A stretch of 64,000 nt of DNA. It comes from Lingula anatina. Lineage: Eukaryota; Animalia; Brachiopoda. How positions within the stretch are numbered: position 1 is the stretch's first letter; every line of letters starts with the position of its first letter. The DNA lies in NCBI GenBank assembly GCA_051362555.1, contig CM120642.1, positions 22,010,001-22,074,000 of the forward strand, read 5' to 3'. The position numbers and the translations under genes were made by a program. The notes below the pieces were generated by a model that saw only the letters and a program-made list of their open reading frames with translations, was not told the DNA's origin and made no database searches. This document shows positions 27,701-42,241 of this stretch, one piece after another.

Positions 27701-29241
27701 TTCTCTATTGTCATTATATGTGTTTGTATATGTATTGTGATCACTGTGTATGTCTGTGTTTTCACCCTATCACTGATCACTGTGCATGACTGTGCTATCA
27801 CCTAATTATATAATTAGTGTTCATTCTGGTTACTGTGCATGGTTGCGTTGTCACTGTACATGTCAAAATTTATTCTGATCACTGTGTATGTCTGTATTGT
27901 GACTGTGTTTGTTTGTATTTATTAACATTACTGTTCATGTTTGTGTCATTACTGTTGGTGTTTTTATTTATTGTTAGTAATGTGTATGTCAGTTTTGTCT
28001 TTAAATTACTACTGCGCTGAATGATGGTGTTTTCAATGTATGACTATGTTTCTGTTTATATTCTGTTTGCTGTGTCTATTCACTATTGCTACTGAATGTG
28101 TTTGTATATATTGTGGTTACTGTGTATGGCTATGTTTCCACCATTTTTCCTTGTGTTTATTCTAATTACAGTGCACATTACTATTATCAATGTACATGTT
28201 TATATTAATTTTGACCACTGTGTATGTTTGTGTTGTTACTGTTTGTGTCTACACATTATTCTGATCACTATGAAAGTCTGTTTGTCCTTCTATTTGTTTG
28301 TAATAATTATCATTACTGTGCCTGTTAATGTTATCACTGTTTGTGTTTGTATTTATTGTGATCACTGTATGTGTTTGCATAGTTACTGTTTATGTTTGTA
28401 TTTATTGTGAACACTGTTTCTATTCTGTACTGTCATTGTACATGTTTGTATATATATTGTGATCACTGTGTATATCTCTGTTTTTCACTCCATCACTGAT
28501 CACTGTGTATTACTGTGTATTACTGTGTAATCATCCAATTAATTTGTGTTTATTCTGATTACTATACATGGTTGCGTTGTCACTGTACATGTCAAAATTT
28601 ATTCTGAACACTGTGTATGTCTGTATTGTGACTGTGTTTGTTTGTATTTATTTACATTACTGCTCTCGTTTGTGTTGTCACTGTTCGTGTTTGTATTTAT
28701 TGTGAGCAATGTGCATGTCTGTTTTGTCAATGTATTTGTTTGTAATCATTACTATTACTCTGCATTATAGTACTGTCACTGTATGTCTGTGTGTCTGTTT
28801 ATATTCTTGTGTTCATTTTCATTACTGTGGAAGTTACTTTTATCACTTTTACTGTTAATATTTATTTTGTTCACTATGCTTGTTACTGTTATAACAGCTA
28901 CTTGGTTACTTTACATGGTTGTGTAGTCACTGTACATGTCAGCTTATTCTGTTCATTGTGTATGTCTGTGTTTTCACCCCATCACTATCACTGTGTATGA
29001 CTGTGCTATCACCTAATTATATATGTGTTTATTCTGGTTACTGTGCATGGTTGTGTTGTCACTGTACATGTCAAAATTTATTCTGATCACTGTGTATGTC
29101 TGTATTGTGACTGTGTTTGTTTGTATTTATTTACATTACTGTTCATGTTTGTGTCATTACTGTTGGTGTTTGTATTTATTGTTAGCAATGCTTATGTCAG
29201 TTTTGTCACTCTCTTTGTTTTGTCACTCTCTTGTGTTTATT
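24739..29241 (+). repeat. HOR copy U7, 4503-bp variant
   Basis: Anchor spacing 4503; junction at 29221-29229. Confidence 0.95.
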
Positions 29242-32200
29242 CTAATTACAGTGCACATTACTATTATCAATGTACATGTTTATATTCATTTTGATCACTG
29301 TGTATGTTTGCGTTGTTACTGTTTGTGTCTGCATATAATTCTGATCACTGTGTAAGTCTGTTTGTTTTTCTATTTGTTTGTAATCATTATCATTGCTGTT
29401 CATGTTTGTGTTGTCATTGTTTGGGTTTGTTTTTATTGCGATCACTGTGTATGTTTGTGTCATTATTGTTGGTGTTTGTGTTTATTATTAGCAATGTGTA
29501 TGTCAGTTTTGTCCCTCTATTTGTTTATTATTATAACTATAGCACTGAATGCTGAGTGTTGTCAATGTATGTCTATGTGTCTATTTATATTCTTTTTTCT
29601 GTGTCTATTCTGTATTGATACTAAATGTGTTTGTGTATATTGTGATGATTGTGTACAGCTATGTTTGCACTCTTTTCCCTTGTGTTCATTGTCATATCAG
29701 TTCACATTACTGTTATCAATGTTCATGTATATATTTATTTTGATCAAAGTGTATGTTTGTGTTGTTATTGTTTGTGTCTGCACATAATTCTGATCACTGT
29801 GAAAGTCTATTTGTCCTTCTGTTTGTTTGTAATAAATATCATTACTGTGCATGTTAATGTTGTCACTGTTTGTGTTTGTATTTATCGTGATCACTGTATG
29901 TGTTTGCGTCATTACTATTGATGTTTGTATTTATTGTGAACACTATTTCCATTCTGTACTGTTCGTGTTTGTATATATATTGTGATCACTGTGTATGTCT
30001 CTGTTTTCACTCCATCACTGATCACTGTGTATTACTGTGTAATCATCCAATTAATTTGTGTTCATTCTGATTACTCTACATGGTTGTGTTGTCACTGTAC
30101 ATGTCAAAATTCATTCTGATCACTGTGTATGTCTGTATTGTGACTGTGTTTGTTTGTATTTATTTACATTAATGTTCATGTTTGTGTTGGCACTGGTCAT
30201 TTTTGTATTTATTGTGAGCATTATGTACGTCTATTTTGTCAGTGTATTTGTTTGTAATCATTACTATTACTCTGCATGATAGTACTGTCACTGTATGTCT
30301 ATGTGTCTGTTTATATTCTGTTCTCTGTGTCTATTCTGTATTGTCACTGTATGTGTTTCCATGTATTGTGATCACTGTGTATGGCTATGTTTTCACTCTT
30401 TTTCCTTGTGGTCATTTTCATTACGATGCATGTTACTGTTATAACTGTACATGTTAATATTTATTTTGATCACTGTACCTGTTTGTGTCATTACTGTTGG
30501 TGTTTGTATTTATTGAGAGCAATGTTTATGTCAGTTTTTTCTCTCTATATGTTTTTAATCATTATTATAACTGTTCATGTTTGTGTTGTTGCTGCAAGCA
30601 TAGATTGTGGCTGTTTATATTCCGATTGCTGTTTCCATTTTCTATTGTCATGTGTGTATGTCTGTATTGTGACTGTGTTTGTTTGTATTTATTTACATTA
30701 CTGTTCATGTTTGTGTCATTACTGTTGGTGTTTGTATTAATTGTTAGCAATGCTTATGTCAGTTTTGTCCCTCTTTTTGTTTATTATTATAACTATAGCA
30801 CTCAATGCTGAGTGTTGTCAATGTATGTCTATGTGTCTATTTATATTCTTTTTCTGTGTCTATTCTGTATTGATACTAAATGTGTTTGTGTATATTGTGA
30901 TGACTGTGTACGGCTATGTTTGCACTCTTTTCCCTTGTGTTCATTGTCATAACAGTGCACATTACTGTTATCATTGTCCATGTGAATATTTATTAAGATC
31001 AATGTGTATGTTTGTGTTGTTACTGTTTGTGTCTGCACATAATTCTGATCACTGTGAAAGTCTATTTGTCCTTCTGTTTGTTTGTAATAATTCTCATTAC
31101 TGTGCATGATAATGATGTCACTGTTTGTGTTTGTATTTATTGTGATCACTGTGTGTGTTTGCGTAGGTACTGTTGTTGTTTGTATTTATTGTGAACACTG
31201 TTTCTATTCAGTGCTGTCATTGTACGTGTTTGTATATATATTGTGATCACTCCATCCTTGTGTTCATTTTCATTACAATGCATGTTACTGTTATAACAGT
31301 TACTTTGTTACTTTATATGGTTGTGTTGTCACTGTACATGTCAACTTATTCTGTTCACTGTGTATGTCTGTATTGTGACTGTGTTTGTTTGTATTTATTT
31401 TGATTACTGTGCATGATTGTCTTGTCACTGTTTGTGTTTGTATTTATCATGATCACTGTTTATGTTTGCGTCGTTACTGTTGATGTTTGTATTTATTGTC
31501 AACACTGTTTCCATGCTGTACTGTCATTGTATGTTTTTGTATATATATTGTGATCACTGTGTATGTCTTTGTTTTCACCCCATCACTGATCATTGTGTAT
31601 GACTGTGCTATCACCTAATTAATTAGTGTTCATTCTGGTTACTGTGCATGGTTGTGTTGTCACTATACATGTCAAAATTTATTCTGATCACTGTGTATGT
31701 CTGTATTGTGACTGTGTTTGTTTGTATTTATTCACATTACTGTTCACATTTGTGTTGTCACTGTTCGTGTTTCTATTTATTGTGAGCAATGTGTATGTCT
31801 GTTTTGTCAATGTATTTGTTTGTAATCATTTCTATTACTCTGCATGATGGTACTGTCACTGTATGTGTATGTGTCTCTTTATATTCTGTTCTCTGTGTCT
31901 ATTCTGTATTGTCACTGTATGTGTTTCCATGTATTGTGATCACTGTGTACGGCTATGTTTTCACTCTTTTTTCCTTTTGCTTATTTTCATTACGAAGCAT
32001 GTTACTGTTATAACTGTGCATGTTAATATTTATTTTGATCACTGTTCATGTTTGTGTCATTACTGTTGGTGTTTCTATTGTGAGCAATGTTTATGTCAGT
32101 TTTTACTCTCTATATGTTTCTTTATCATTATTATAACTGTTCATGTTTGTGTTGTTGCTGTAAGCATAGTTTGTGTCTTTTTATGTTCCAATTGCTGTTT

Positions 32201-33744
32201 CCATTCTCTATTGTCATTATATGTGTTTGTATATGTATTGTGATCACTGTGTATGTCTGTGTTTTCACCCTATCACTGATCACTGTGCATGACTGTGCTA
32301 TCACCTAATTATATAATTAGTGTTCATTCTGGTTACTGTGCATGGTTGCGTTGTCACTGTACATGTCAAAATTTATTCTGATCACTGTGTATGTCTGTAT
32401 TGTGACTGTGTTTGTTTGTATTTATTAACATTACTGTTCATGTTTGTGTCATTACTGTTGGTGTTTTTATTTATTGTTAGTAATGTGTATGTCAGTTTTG
32501 TCTTTAAATTACTACTGCGCTGAATGATGGTGTTTTCAATGTATGACTATGTTTCTGTTTATATTCTGTTTGCTGTGTCTATTCACTATTGCTACTGAAT
32601 GTGTTTGTATATATTGTGGTTACTGTGTATGGCTATGTTTCCACCATTTTTCCTTGTGTTTATTCTAATTACAGTGCACATTACTATTATCAATGTACAT
32701 GTTTATATTAATTTTGACCACTGTGTATGTTTGTGTTGTTACTGTTTGTGTCTACACATTATTCTGATCACTATGAAAGTCTGTTTGTCCTTCTATTTGT
32801 TTGTAATAATTATCATTACTGTGCCTGTTAATGTTATCACTGTTTGTGTTTGTATTTATTGTGATCACTGTATGTGTTTGCATAGTTACTGTTTATGTTT
32901 GTATTTATTGTGAACACTGTTTCTATTCTGTACTGTCATTGTACATGTTTGTATATATATTGTGATCACTGTGTATATCTCTGTTTTTCACTCCATCACT
33001 GATCACTGTGTATTACTGTGTATTACTGTGTAATCATCCAATTAATTTGTGTTTATTCTGATTACTATACATGGTTGCGTTGTCACTGTACATGTCAAAA
33101 TTTATTCTGAACACTGTGTATGTCTGTATTGTGACTGTGTTTGTTTGTATTTATTTACATTACTGCTCTCGTTTGTGTTGTCACTGTTCGTGTTTGTATT
33201 TATTGTGAGCAATGTGCATGTCTGTTTTGTCAATGTATTTGTTTGTAATCATTACTATTACTCTGCATTATAGTACTGTCACTGTATGTCTGTGTGTCTG
33301 TTTATATTCTTGTGTTCATTTTCATTACTGTGGAAGTTACTTTTATCACTTTTACTGTTAATATTTATTTTGTTCACTATGCTTGTTACTGTTATAACAG
33401 CTACTTGGTTACTTTACATGGTTGTGTAGTCACTGTACATGTCAGCTTATTCTGTTCATTGTGTATGTCTGTGTTTTCACCCCATCACTATCACTGTGTA
33501 TGACTGTGCTATCACCTAATTATATATGTGTTTATTCTGGTTACTGTGCATGGTTGTGTTGTCACTGTACATGTCAAAATTTATTCTGATCACTGTGTAT
33601 GTCTGTATTGTGACTGTGTTTGTTTGTATTTATTTACATTACTGTTCATGTTTGTGTCATTACTGTTGGTGTTTGTATTTATTGTTAGCAATGCTTATGT
33701 CAGTTTTGTCACTCTCTTTGTTTTGTCACTCTCTTGTGTTTATT
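29242..33744 (+). repeat. HOR copy U8, 4503-bp variant
   Basis: Anchor spacing 4503; junction at 33724-33732. Confidence 0.95.
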
Positions 33745-35741
33745 CTAATTACAGTGCACATTACTATTATCAATGTACATGTTTATATTCATTTTGATCA
33801 CTGTGTATGTTTGCGTTGTTACTGTTTGTGTCTGCATATAATTCTGATCACTGTGTAAGTCTGTTTGTTTTTCTATTTGTTTGTAATCATTATCATTGCT
33901 GTTCATGTTTGTGTTGTCATTGTTTGGGTTTGTTTTTATTGCGATCACTGTGTATGTTTGTGTCATTATTGTTGGTGTTTGTGTTTATTATTAGCAATGT
34001 GTATGTCAGTTTTGTCCCTCTATTTGTTTATTATTATAACTATAGCACTGAATGCTGAGTGTTGTCAATGTATGTCTATGTGTCTATTTATATTCTTTTT
34101 TCTGTGTCTATTCTGTATTGATACTAAATGTGTTTGTGTATATTGTGATGATTGTGTACAGCTATGTTTGCACTCTTTTCCCTTGTGTTCATTGTCATAT
34201 CAGTTCACATTACTGTTATCAATGTTCATGTATATATTTATTTTGATCAAAGTGTATGTTTGTGTTGTTATTGTTTGTGTCTGCACATAATTCTGATCAC
34301 TGTGAAAGTCTATTTGTCCTTCTGTTTGTTTGTAATAAATATCATTACTGTGCATGTTAATGTTGTCACTGTTTGTGTTTGTATTTATCGTGATCACTGT
34401 ATGTGTTTGCGTCATTACTATTAATGTTTGTATTTATTGTGAACACTATTTCCATTCTGTACTGTTCGTGTTTGTATATATATTGTGATCACTGTGTATG
34501 TCTCTGTTTTCACTCCATCACTGATCACTGTGTATTACTGTGTAATCATCCAATTAATTTGTGTTCATTCTGATTACTCTACATGGTTGTGTTGTCACTG
34601 TACATGTCAAAATTTATTCTGATCACTGTGAAAGTCTATTTGTCCTTCTGTTTGTTTGTAATAAATATCATTACTGTGCCTGTTAATGTTATCACTGTTT
34701 GTGTTTGTATTTATTGTGATCACTGTATGTGTTTGCATAGTTACTGTTTATGTTTGTATTTATTGTGAACACTGTTTCTATTCTGTACTGTCATTGTACA
34801 TGTTTGTATATATATTGTGATCACTGTGTATATCTCTGTTTTTCACTCCATCACTGATCACTGTGTATTACTGTGTATTACTGTGTAATCATCCAATTAA
34901 TTTGTGTTTATTCTGATTACTATACATGGTTGCATTGTCACTGTACATGTCAAAATTTATTCTGATCACTGTGTATGTCTGTATTGGGACTGTGTTTGTT
35001 TGTATTTATTTACATTACTGCTCTCGTTTGTGTTGTCACTGTTCGTGTTTGTATTTATTGTGAGCAATGTGCATGTCTGTTTTGTCAATGTATTTGTTTG
35101 TAATCATTACTATTACTCTGCATGATAGTACTGTCACTGTATGTCTGTGTGTCTGTTTATATTCTTGTGTTCATTTTCATTACTGTGGAAGTTACTTTTA
35201 TCACTTTTACTGTTAATATTTATTTTGTTCACTATGCTTGTTACTGTTATAACAGCTACTTGGTTACTTTACATGGTTGTGTTGTCACTGTACATGTCAG
35301 CTTATTCTGTTCACTGTGTATGTCTGTGTTTTCACCCCATCACTATCACTGTGTATGATTCTGCTATCACCTAATTATATATGTGTTTATTCTGGTTACT
35401 GTGCATGGTTGTGTTGTCACTGTACATGTCAAAATTTATTCTGATCACTGTGTATGTCTGTATTGTGACTCTGTTTGTTTGTATTTATTTACATTACTGT
35501 TCATGTTTGTGTCATTACTGTTGGTGTTTGTATTTATTGTTAGCAATGCTTATGTCAGTTTTGTCACTCTCTTTGTTTGTAAACATTACTATTGCTCTGA
35601 ATGATGGTATTGTCAATGTATGACTATGTGTCTGTTTATATTCTGTTTGCTATGTCTATTCACTATTGCTACTGAGTGTGTTTGTATATATTGTGATGAC
35701 TGTGTACGCCCATGTTTCCACTCTTTTTCCTTGTGTTTATT
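33745..35741 (+). repeat. HOR copy U9, short 1997-bp variant
   Basis: Anchor spacing 1997; same junction as U4, at 34630/34631. Confidence 0.95.
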
Positions 35742-38700
35742 CTAATTACAGTGCACATTACTATTATCAATGTACATGTTTATATTCATTTTAATCACTG
35801 TGTATGTTTGCGTTGTTACTGTTTGTGTCTGCATATATTTCTGATCACTGTGTAAGTCTGTTTGTTTTTCTATTTGTTTGTAATCATTGTCATTGCTGTT
35901 CATGTTTGTGTTGTCATTGTTTTGGTTTGTTTTTATTGGGATCACTGTGTATGTTTGTGTCATTATTGTTGGTGTTTGTATTTATTATTAGCAATGTGTA
36001 TGTCAGTTTTGTCCCTCTATTTGTTTATTATTATAACTATAGCACTGAATGCTGAGTGTTGTCAATGTATGTCTATGTGTCTATTTATATTCTTTTTTCT
36101 GTGTCTATTCTGTATTGATACTAAATGTGTTTGTGTATATTGTGATGACTGTGTACGGCTATGTTTGCACTCTTTTCCCTTGTGTTCATTGTCATAACAG
36201 TGCACGTTACTGTTATCACTGTCCATGTATATATTTATTTTGATCAAAGTGTATGTTTGTGTTGTTATTGTTTGTGTCTGCACATAATTCTGATCACTGT
36301 GAAAGTCTATTTGTCCTTCTGTTTGTTTGTAATAAATATCATTACTGTGCATGTTAATGTTGTCACTGTTTGTGTTTGTATTTATCGTGATCACTGTATG
36401 TGTTTGCGTCATTACTATTAATGTTTGTATTTATTGTGAACACTATTTCCATTCTGTACTGTTCGTGTTTGTATATATATTGTGATCACTGTGTATGTCT
36501 CTGTTTTCACTCCATCACTGATCACTGTGTATTACTGTGTAATCATCCAATTAATTTGTGTTCATTCTGATTACTCTACATGGTTGTGTTGTCACTGTAC
36601 ATGTCAAAATTCATTCTGATCACTGTGTATGTCTGTATTGTGACTGTGTTTGTTTGTATTTATTTACATTAATGTTCATGTTTGTGTTGGCACTGGTCAT
36701 TTTTGTATTTATTGTGAGCATTATGTACGTCTATTTTGTCAGTGTATTTGTTTGTAATCATTACTATTACTCTGCATGATAGTACTGTCACTGTATGTCT
36801 ATGTGTCTGTTTATATTCTGTTCTCTGAGTCTATTCTGTATTGTCACTGTATGTGTTTCCATGTATTGTGATCACTGTGTATGGCTATGTTTTCACTCTT
36901 TTTCCTTGTGTTCATTTTCATTACGATGCATGTTACTGTTATAACTGTACATGTTAATATTTATTTTGATCACTGTACCTGTTTGTGTCATTACTGTTGG
37001 TGTTTGTATTTATTGAGAGCAATGTTTATGTCAGTTTTTTCTCTCTATATGTTTTTAATCATTATTATAACTGTTCATGTTTGTGTTGTTGCTGCAAGCA
37101 TAGATTGTGGCTGTTTATATTCCGATTGCTGTTTCCATTTTCTATTGTCATGTGTGTATGTCTGTATTGTGACCGTGTTTGTTTGTATTTATTTACATTA
37201 CTGTTCATGTTTGTGTCATTACTGTTGGTGTTTGTATTAATTGTTAGCAATGCTTATGTCAGTTTTGTCCCTCTTTTTGTTTATTATTATAACTATAGCA
37301 CTGAATGCTGAGTGTTGTCAAGGTATGTCTATGTGTCTCTTTATATTCTTTTTCTGTGTCTATTCTGTATTGATACTAAATGTGTTTGTGTATATTGTGA
37401 TGACTGTGTACGGCTATGTTTGCACTCTTTTCCCTTGTGTTCATTGTCATAACAGTGCACATTACTGTTATCATTGTCCATGTGAATATTTATTAAGATC
37501 AATGTGTATGTTTGTGTTGTTACTGTTTGTGTCTGCACATAATTCTGATCACTGTGAAAGTCTATTTGTCCTTCTGTTTGTTTGTAATAATTCTCATTAC
37601 TGTGCATGATAATGATGTCACTGTTTGTGTTTGTATTTATTGTGATCCATGTATGTGTTTGCGTAGGTACTGTTGTTGTTTGTATTTATTGTGAACACTG
37701 TTTCTATTCAGTGCTGTCATTGTACGTGTTTGTATATATATTGTGATCACTTCATCCTTGTGTTCATTTTCATTACAATGCATGTTACTGTTATAACAGT
37801 TACTTTGTTACTTTATATGGTTGTGTTGTCACTGTACATGTCAACTTATTCTGTTCACTGTGTATGTCTGTATTGTGACTGTGTTTGTTTGTATTTATTT
37901 TGATTACTGTGCATGATTGTCTTGTCACTGTTTGTGTTTGTATTTATCATGATCACTGTATATGTTTGCGTCGTTATTGTTGATGTTTGTATTTATTGTC
38001 AACACTGTTTCCATGCTGTACTGTCATTGTATGTTTTTGTATATATATTGTGATCACTGTGTATGTCTTTGTTTTCACCCCATCACTGATCATTGTGTAT
38101 GACTGTGCTATCACCTAATTAATTAGTGTTCATTCTGGTTACTGTGCATGGTTGTGTTGTCACTATACATGTCAAAATTTATTCTGATCACTGTGTATGT
38201 CTGTATTGTGACTGTGTTTGTTTGTATTTATTTACATTACTGTTCACATTTGTGTTGTCACTGTTCGTGTTTCTATTTATTGTGAGCAATGTGTATGTCT
38301 GTTTTGTCAATGTATTTGTTTGTAATCATTTCTATTACTCTGCATGATGGTACTGTCACTGTATGTGTATGTGTCTCTTTATATTCTGTACTCTGTGTCT
38401 ATTCTGTATTGTCACTGTATGTGTTTCCATGTATTGTGATCACTGTGTACGGCTATGTTTTCACTCTTTTTTCCTTTTGCTCATTTTCATTACGAAGCAT
38501 GTTACTGTTATAACTGTGCATGTTAATATTTATTTTGATCACTGTTCATGTTTGTGTCATTACTGTTGGTGTTTCTATTGTGAGCAATGTTTATGTCAGT
38601 TTTTACTCTCTATATGTTTCTTTATCATTATTATAACTGTTCATGTTTGTGTTGTTGCTGTAAGCATAGTTTGTGTCTTTTTATGTTCCAATTGCTGTTT

Positions 38701-40244
38701 CCATTCTCTATTGTCATTATATGTGTTTGTATATGTATTGTGATCACTGTGTATGTCTGTGTTTTCACCCCATCACTGATCACTGTGTATGACTGTGCTA
38801 TCACCTAATTATATAATTAGTGTTCATTCTGGTTACTGTGCATGGTTGCGTTGTCACTGTACATGTCAAAATTTATTCTGATCACTGTGTATGTCTGTAT
38901 TGTGACTGTGTTTGTTTGTATTTATTAACATTACTGTTCATGTTTGTGTCATTACTGTTGGTGTTTTTATTTATTGTTAGTAATGTGTATGTCAGTTTTG
39001 TCTTTAAATTACTACTGCGCTGAATGATGGTGTTTTCAATGTATGACTATGTTTCTGTTTATATTCTGTTTGCTGTGTCTATTCACTATTGCTACTGAAT
39101 GTGTTTGTATATATTGTGGTTACTGTGTATGGCTATGTTTCCACCATTTTTCCTTGTGTTTATTCTAATTACAGTGCACATTACTATTATCAATGTACAT
39201 GTTTATATTAATTTTGACCACTGTGTATGTTTGTGTTGTTACTGTTTGTGTCTACACATTATTCTGATCACTATGAAAGTCTGTTTGTCCTTCTATTTGT
39301 TTGTAATAATTATCATTACTGTGCCTGTTAATGTTATCACTGTTTGTGTTTGTATTTATTGTGATCACTGTATGTGTTTGCATAGTTACTGTTTATGTTT
39401 GTATTTATTGTGAACACTGTTTCTATTCTGTACTGTCATTGTACATGTTTGTATATATATTGTGATCACTGTGTATATCTCTGTTTTTCACTCCATCACT
39501 GATCACTGTGTATTACTGTGTATTACTGTGTAATCATCCAATTAATTTGTGTTTATTCTGATTACTATACATGGTTGCGTTGTCACTGTACATGTCAAAA
39601 TTTATTCTGAACACTGTGTATGTCTGTATTGTGACTGTGTTTGTTTGTATTTATTTACATTACTGCTCTCGTTTGTGTTGTCACTGTTCGTGTTTGTATT
39701 TATTGTGAGCAATGTGCATGTCTGTTTTGTCAATGTATTTGTTTGTAATCATTACTATTACTCTGCATTATAGTACTGTCACTGTATGTCTGTGTGTCTG
39801 TTTATATTCTTGTGTTCATTTTCATTACTGTGGAAGTTACTTTTATCACTTTTACTGTTAATATTTATTTTGTTCACTATGCTTGTTACTGTTATAACAG
39901 CTACTTGGTTACTTTACATGGTTGTGTAGTCACTGTACATGTCAGCTTATTCTGTTCATTGTGTATGTCTGTGTTTTCACCCCATCACTATCACTGTGTA
40001 TGACTGTGCTATCACCTAATTATATATGTGTTTATTCTGGTTACTGTGCATGGTTGTGTTGTCACTGTACATGTCAAAATTTATTCTGATCACTGTGTAT
40101 GTCTGTATTGTGACTGTGTTTGTTTGTATTTATTTACATTACTGTTCATGTTTGTGTCATTACTGTTGGTGTTTGTATTTATTGTTAGCAATGCTTATGT
40201 CAGTTTTGTCACTCTCTTTGTTTTGTCACTCTCTTGTGTTTATT
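35742..40244 (+). repeat. HOR copy U10, 4503-bp variant (mosaic)
   Basis: Anchor spacing 4503; junction at 40224-40232. Confidence 0.95.
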
Positions 40245-42241
40245 CTAATTACAGTGCACATTACTATTATCAATGTACATGTTTATATTCATTTTGATCA
40301 CTGTGTATGTTTGCGTTGTTACTGTTTGTGTCTGCATATAATTCTGATCACTGTGTAAGTCTGTTTGTTTTTCTATTTGTTTGTAATCATTATCATTGCT
40401 GTTCATGTTTGTGTTGTCATTGTTTGGGTTTGTTTTTATTGCGATCACTGTGTATGTTTGTGTCATTATTGTTGGTGTTTGTATTTATTATTAGCAATGT
40501 GTATGTCAGTTTTGTCCCTCTATTTGTTTATTATTATAACTATAGCACTGAATGCTGAGTGTTGTCAATGTATGTCTATGTGTCTATTTATATTCTTTTT
40601 TCTGTGTCTATTCTGTATTGATACTAAATGTGTTTGTGTATATTGTGATGATTGTGTACAGCTATGTTTGCACTCTTTTCCCTTGTGTTCATTGTCATAT
40701 CAGTTCACATTACTGTTATCAATGTTCATGTATATATTTATTTTGATCAAAGTGTATGTTTGTGTTGTTATTGTTTGTGTCTGCACATAATTCTGATCAC
40801 TGTGAAAGTCTATTTGTCCTTCTGTTTGTTTGTAATAAATATCATTACTGTGCATGTTAATGTTGTCACTGTTTGTGTTTGTATTTATCGTGATCACTGT
40901 ATGTGTTTGCGTCATTACTATTAATGTTTGTATTTATTGTGAACACTATTTCCATTCTGTACTGTTCGTGTTTGTATATATATTGTGATCACTATGTATG
41001 TCTCTGTTTTCACTCCATCACTGATCACTGTGTATTACTGTGTAATCATCCAATTAATTTGTGTTCATTCTGATTACTCTACATGGTTGTGTTGTCACTG
41101 TACATGTCAAAATTTATTCTGATCACTGTGAAAGTCTATTTGTCCTTCTGTTTGTTTGTAATAAATATCATTACTGTGCCTGTTAATGTTATCACTGTTT
41201 GTGTTTGTATTTATTGTGATCACTGTATGTGTTTGCATAGTTACTGTTTATGTTTGTATTTATTGTGAACACTGTTTCTATTCTGTACTGTCATTGTACA
41301 TGTTTGTATATATATTGTGATCACTGTGTATATCTCTGTTTTTCACTCCATCACTGATCACTGTGTATTACTGTGTATTACTGTGTAATCATCCAATTAA
41401 TTTGTGTTTATTCTGATTACTATACATGGTTGCATTGTCACTGTACATGTCAAAATTTATTCTGATCACTGTGTATGTCTGTATTGGGACTGTGTTTGTT
41501 TGTATTTATTTACATTACTGCTCTCGTTTGTGTTGTCACTGTTCGTGTTTGTATTTATTGTGAGCAATGTGCATGTCTGTTTTGTCAATGTATTTGTTTG
41601 TAATCATTACTATTACTCTGCATGATAGTACTGTCACTGTATGTCTGTGTGTCTGTTTATATTCTTGTGTTCATTTTCATTACTGTGGAAGTTACTTTTA
41701 TCACTTTTACTGTTAATATTTATTTTGTTCACTATGCTTGTTACTGTTATAACAGCTACTTGGTTACTTTACATGGTTGTGTTGTCACTGTACATGTCAG
41801 CTTATTCTGTTCACTGTGTATGTCTGTGTTTTCACCCCATCACTATCACTGTGTATGATTCTGCTATCACCTAATTATATATGTGTTTATTCTGGTTACT
41901 GTGCATGGTTGTGTTGTCACTGTACATGTCAAAATTTATTCTGATCACTGTGTATGTCTGTATTGTGACTCTGTTTGTTTGTATTTATTTACATTACTGT
42001 TCATGTTTGTGTCATTACTGTTGGTGTTTGTATTTATTGTTAGCAATGCTTATGTCAGTTTTGTCACTCTCTTTGTTTGTAAACATTACTATTGCTCTGA
42101 ATGATGGTATTGTCAATGTATGACTATGTGTCTGTTTATATTCTGTTTGCTATGTCTATTCACTATTGCTACTGAGTGTGTTTGTATATATTGTGATGAC
42201 TGTGTACGCCCATGTTTCCACTCTTTTTCCTTGTGTTTATT
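40245..42241 (+). repeat. HOR copy U11, short 1997-bp variant
   Basis: Anchor spacing 1997; same junction as U4, at 41130/41131. Confidence 0.95.
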
